Virus record (IMG/VR): IMGVR_UViG_3300017589_000270
Coordinates: 1 to 28,951 of that record
Length of the DNA stretch: 28,951 nucleotides
Origin: a virus
Taxonomy: Duplodnaviria > Caudoviricetes
Direction: 5' to 3' (one strand)
The position numbers and the translations under genes are program-made. Below, piece after piece: positions 26,144 through 28,951 of this stretch (its first letter is position 1; every line of letters begins with the position of its first letter). Below the pieces are notes generated by a model. The model was not told the origin of the DNA, did no database searches, and saw only the letters and a program-made list of their open reading frames with translations.

Positions 26144-26473
26144 ATGGATAGGAAAATATATTTAGAACATGAATTTCATGCTTATAGCAGCAATTGTGGT
26201 TTAATTAGAATGCTTGTACAAATTTCAAAAGAAATTGATTTTGATTATGAACAAATTTTAATAACACGTAATTATATAGACAATGAATATCTTAATGAGT
26301 CAAATATTGATTGGTGTTTAGGACGTGCACTTGATGACAAACAACATGTGTGCAGATGTGATACTACAATTAATGTTGAGATTAATCGCAGTGGTGAAAT
26401 ATCAGGAAATATAAGATTTAAAGGTGGAACAAGAGATGATATATATTTCATTATCGACAGCAAGATAATATAA
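26144..26473 (+). CDS. Hypothetical protein
   Basis: GAGG RBS, ATG, 109 aa, followed by terminator. Confidence 0.6.
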   Translation: MDRKIYLEHEFHAYSSNCGLIRMLVQISKEIDFDYEQILITRNYIDNEYLNESNIDWCLGRALDDKQHVCRCDTTINVEINRSGEISGNIRFKGGTRDDIYFIIDSKII

Positions 26474-26492
26474 TATAGGAAATAATAAAAGT

Positions 26493-26531
26493 AATACCCC
26501 ACCTAAAATAAATCAAGCAGGGTATTTTTTT
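26493..26531 (+). terminator. Terminator between convergent genes
   Basis: AATACCC..GGGTATT followed by T-run. Confidence 0.55.
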
Positions 26532-26535
26532 GTTC

Positions 26536-26766
26536 TTATTTAGTTTCTTCTAAATATTCAATTACATATTCATGTTTGTTCTCATCAACGAGAACCATCT
26601 TTAAGTTTAACACATTACATATTTGAACTAACTCTTGAGCTGAAAAATTATCTCTTTTCATTTTATTAGATATATTTTGTCTAGTAGTATCAAGTCTTAT
26701 TGCAAGTTCAATTTGGGTGATATCTAAATCGCTAAGTCTTTTCTTTATTGCCTCAGATGCAGACAT
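26536..26766 (-). CDS. XRE/Cro-family HTH repressor
   Basis: ITQIELAIRLDTTRQNISNKMKRDNFSAQELVQICNVL; GGGAGG RBS. Confidence 0.88.
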   Translation of the reverse strand: MSASEAIKKRLSDLDITQIELAIRLDTTRQNISNKMKRDNFSAQELVQICNVLNLKMVLVDENKHEYVIEYLEETK

Positions 26767-26796
26767 TATAAATTCCTCCCTTCATTCATCTATATA

Positions 26797-26907
26797 AGTA
26801 TATCGTTTTATTGTAAACTAGTCAATGTACAATGTACACAAATTAGTGTACAGAAGTTTGGCGACTTTGCATATAGCTATTGTACACTAATTAGTGTACA
26901 ATATAAT
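26797..26907. promoter_or_regulatory. Divergent promoters with three TGTACACTAATTAGTGTACA-type operators
   Basis: Perfect 26-bp palindrome 26878-26903; one-mismatch copy 26833-26852; degenerate copy 26812-26831; leftward TTGACT-17-TATACT, rightward TTGTAC-16-TATAAT. Confidence 0.8.
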
Positions 26908-26993
26908 CAATGGTTGAACACACAAACCAATCATCAATATAAGGTTGAGGTAGTTACCTTCAAAACTGCCAATTGAAAAGGAAGTATAAAATT

Positions 26994-27368
26994 ATGAAAA
27001 CAACTACAAAAAATTATGAGACTATCAAAGGGTTAGCAATTGCACTAAAAAAAGAAGAAAACATTTCAACTGGTTTTTCGTTGATTAAGACAAGTGAGAA
27101 AAATATTGTTTTTGGTCAAATGACATTCAACCATATCAAACACAACACAAACCACAACTGGTTGGAATTGTCCTATAAGCTTGATAACGATGTGTGTATT
27201 AATGCAATGATTATTTCAAATTTTGTGAGTGCTACTAAAACAATTACTACAACTATTATTCCAGAGTCTGATTGTGGAGATAAAACTACCATTCAAAATA
27301 TTGAGTATACTATTTATTTGAAAGATACAGATGAAACGGTAAAACTTAAGACGTCAAAACAAATTTAA
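26994..27368 (+). CDS. Hypothetical protein
   Basis: AAGGAAG RBS, ATG 26994, divergent from repressor. Confidence 0.65.
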   Translation: MKTTTKNYETIKGLAIALKKEENISTGFSLIKTSEKNIVFGQMTFNHIKHNTNHNWLELSYKLDNDVCINAMIISNFVSATKTITTTIIPESDCGDKTTIQNIEYTIYLKDTDETVKLKTSKQI

Positions 27369-27416
27369 CATTTATCCAGCTATTACATATTCACATTTTA
27401 AAAGGGGTGAAAACTA

Positions 27417-27638
27417 ATGACAATAGAACAAGCAAGAGTCAACATGGTTATGAATACAGCCAAACTTACAAGATTGTTGCACATATCAAGAGCAACATTA
27501 TTCCATTGTAAAATATATGACAGCTTAACCAATGGCACATATAAAGCTACATTGATACATGACAGTACACCAGTTTTGAAAGTGAGAATTGAAGATATAA
27601 ACGATAAAAATTGCGTTATGGAATGCACAAAATTATAA
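27417..27638 (+). CDS. Hypothetical protein
   Basis: AAGGGGTGA RBS, 73 aa, followed by terminator. Confidence 0.6.
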   Translation: MTIEQARVNMVMNTAKLTRLLHISRATLFHCKIYDSLTNGTYKATLIHDSTPVLKVRIEDINDKNCVMECTKL

Positions 27639-27646
27639 TAAAAATT

Positions 27647-27679
27647 AAGGTACTTGCTATATAGTTGAGTACCTTTTTT
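27647..27679 (+). terminator. Rho-independent terminator
   Basis: AAGGTACTT..GAGTACCTT followed by TTTT. Confidence 0.7.
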
Positions 27680-27889
27680 GTTGTTATTATACGCTACCAT
27701 CACGCCTTGTACAAGCTTGTTTTAGGTATATAACTATAGTGGCATAATTACATTAGCTTGCGTGTAGTGTACTAGTATATAGGTTGCAGAGTGCGTGGTG
27801 GCATTGTGTAGCGATACAAATAGATATGAGTACAACTTCTATATTCTACTATAAAAATCATACTCATATCGGTTTATATTCTATTTAGT

Positions 27890-28858
27890 TTATTTTGTTT
27901 TAAATTTATTTTGTTTTGGTTTAAAGTCTTCTAGTGGATTAAATTCATCAACAATATTCACCAAGTCGGTTATATTAAATTGATAGTAATTATTTAGAAT
28001 ATTAAAATTAGAATGTCCTGTTATTCGTTTTAAAAGCACAGGTGACATACCTTTCCGCACACTCAATGTAATAAATGTATGTCTAAACAGATGCAGACTA
28101 TACTTATTAACTCCACGCTTTTTACAATGTTTTGTTATACTCGTCTGAAGTGTGCTTCGCTGCATCGGTTCGCCATAGATGTTACAAAACAGTGCTTCAA
28201 TATTTATACCTTTCCTTTTGTTCAAATACTCAAATAGGATTATATTTAAAGAAGTTGGAATTGGAATTAATCGTGGCTTTCTGTTTTTAGTGTGTCTTAA
28301 ACTGAGAACTCCGCCATCTAAATCAATATCTTGTATTTGCAATTCTCTTAACTCTGTTGCTCTGATTCCAGTAGCAAGTAGCATATTAACAATTACCCAG
28401 CTCCGAAATTCTGCAAATGATGATGTGTCTGGTCTTTTCAAAATTGCTGTTAGTTCTTCATTTGTATAAATCTCTTTGATATGGTCTTGCTCAACTAAAT
28501 GTGTAAATGCTATTTCATCTTTAATATAACCTTTTAAAGTTCCATATTTGATTATTGGTGATACTTTAAACTGATAAGAATTTACCGTTTGTGGTTTTTG
28601 TAATCTGTCTTTAAGATACAGAATATACTCATTAATTAAGTCTTGTGTTACGTTTGAACATTTTAAGTCTTTATTTGCCCATGCACAAAATTGCTTGTGT
28701 GCATAAGCATAACCTTCGATTGTAACATCTGCTAGATTCTTTAATTTACATTCTTGTTGATACAATAAAAATAAATCATTGTAACTAATGTCTGTCATTT
28801 TACTCATTTGTAAACTCTTGCGTCTTTTAATGATTGGCTCTGATATGTCTTTTCCCAT
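27890..28858 (-). CDS. int: Tyrosine recombinase / phage integrase
   Basis: TGIRATEL (R), TKNRKPR (K), HLFRHTF (HxxR), TGHS (H), NYY (Y); ATG 28858 after GAGGTG. Confidence 0.93.
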   Translation of the reverse strand: MGKDISEPIIKRRKSLQMSKMTDISYNDLFLLYQQECKLKNLADVTIEGYAYAHKQFCAWANKDLKCSNVTQDLINEYILYLKDRLQKPQTVNSYQFKVSPIIKYGTLKGYIKDEIAFTHLVEQDHIKEIYTNEELTAILKRPDTSSFAEFRSWVIVNMLLATGIRATELRELQIQDIDLDGGVLSLRHTKNRKPRLIPIPTSLNIILFEYLNKRKGINIEALFCNIYGEPMQRSTLQTSITKHCKKRGVNKYSLHLFRHTFITLSVRKGMSPVLLKRITGHSNFNILNNYYQFNITDLVNIVDEFNPLEDFKPKQNKFKTK

Positions 28859-28951
28859 TCTAATGACACCTCTTTCTAATAAAAATAGATGGTTATGATG
28901 TCCCACTTTACGCAGAAAACCAAAACCATCTATTACCAATAATTTGTGCAA

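Larger units (their letters stand above)
1..28951 (-). mobile_element. Temperate siphophage / prophage (HK97-type head, non-contractile tail) encoding its own RNA polymerase; left end truncated, att sites not visible
   Basis: Collinear integrase, repressor, regulatory/replication, terminase, portal, ClpP, capsid and tail genes; no host housekeeping genes in window. Confidence 0.95.

Noticed and set aside
1-28951. CRISPR array, tRNA, rRNA, IS element, DGR or intron
   Set aside because: No regularly spaced repeats, cloverleaf, transposase or reverse transcriptase motifs seen by eye
28859-28951. Possible att site / longer integrase N-terminus
   Set aside because: ORF-track extension to 28951 lacks an RBS and the SD supports ATG 28858; an att core cannot be called without the other prophage end

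Overview
AT-rich window (Firmicutes/Clostridia-type codon and RBS usage) that is entirely part of a temperate siphophage/prophage. Reading right to left on the - strand: tyrosine integrase; an XRE repressor with a three-operator divergent switch; a + strand cargo island (ComEC/MBL lipoprotein nuclease, DUF3006, two hypotheticals); a type I toxin-antitoxin-like remnant; a second XRE regulator; an excisionase-like HTH; DUF2513-like and HEXXH metallopeptidase genes; a 1043-aa single-subunit two-barrel RNA polymerase (YonO/eukaryotic-RdRP-like, DFDSD motif); Rha; two DUF5659-like proteins; an SF2 helicase followed by a palindromic ori-like site and a ~170-nt multibranch structured element; KilAC/ANT, PD-(D/E)XK, GIY-YIG and HNH genes; then an HK97-type head module (TerS, TerL, portal, ClpP, capsid) and a tail module running off the left edge. 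Non-obvious features: several ORF-less sigmaA promoter-terminator cassettes antisense to the lytic operon, a -1 frameshift site in the tail chaperone, a +1 frameshift and a ~250-aa coiled-coil insert in the tape measure gene, and apparent ATA start codons for the portal and HNH genes. All family calls rest on motif recognition; no database search was run.
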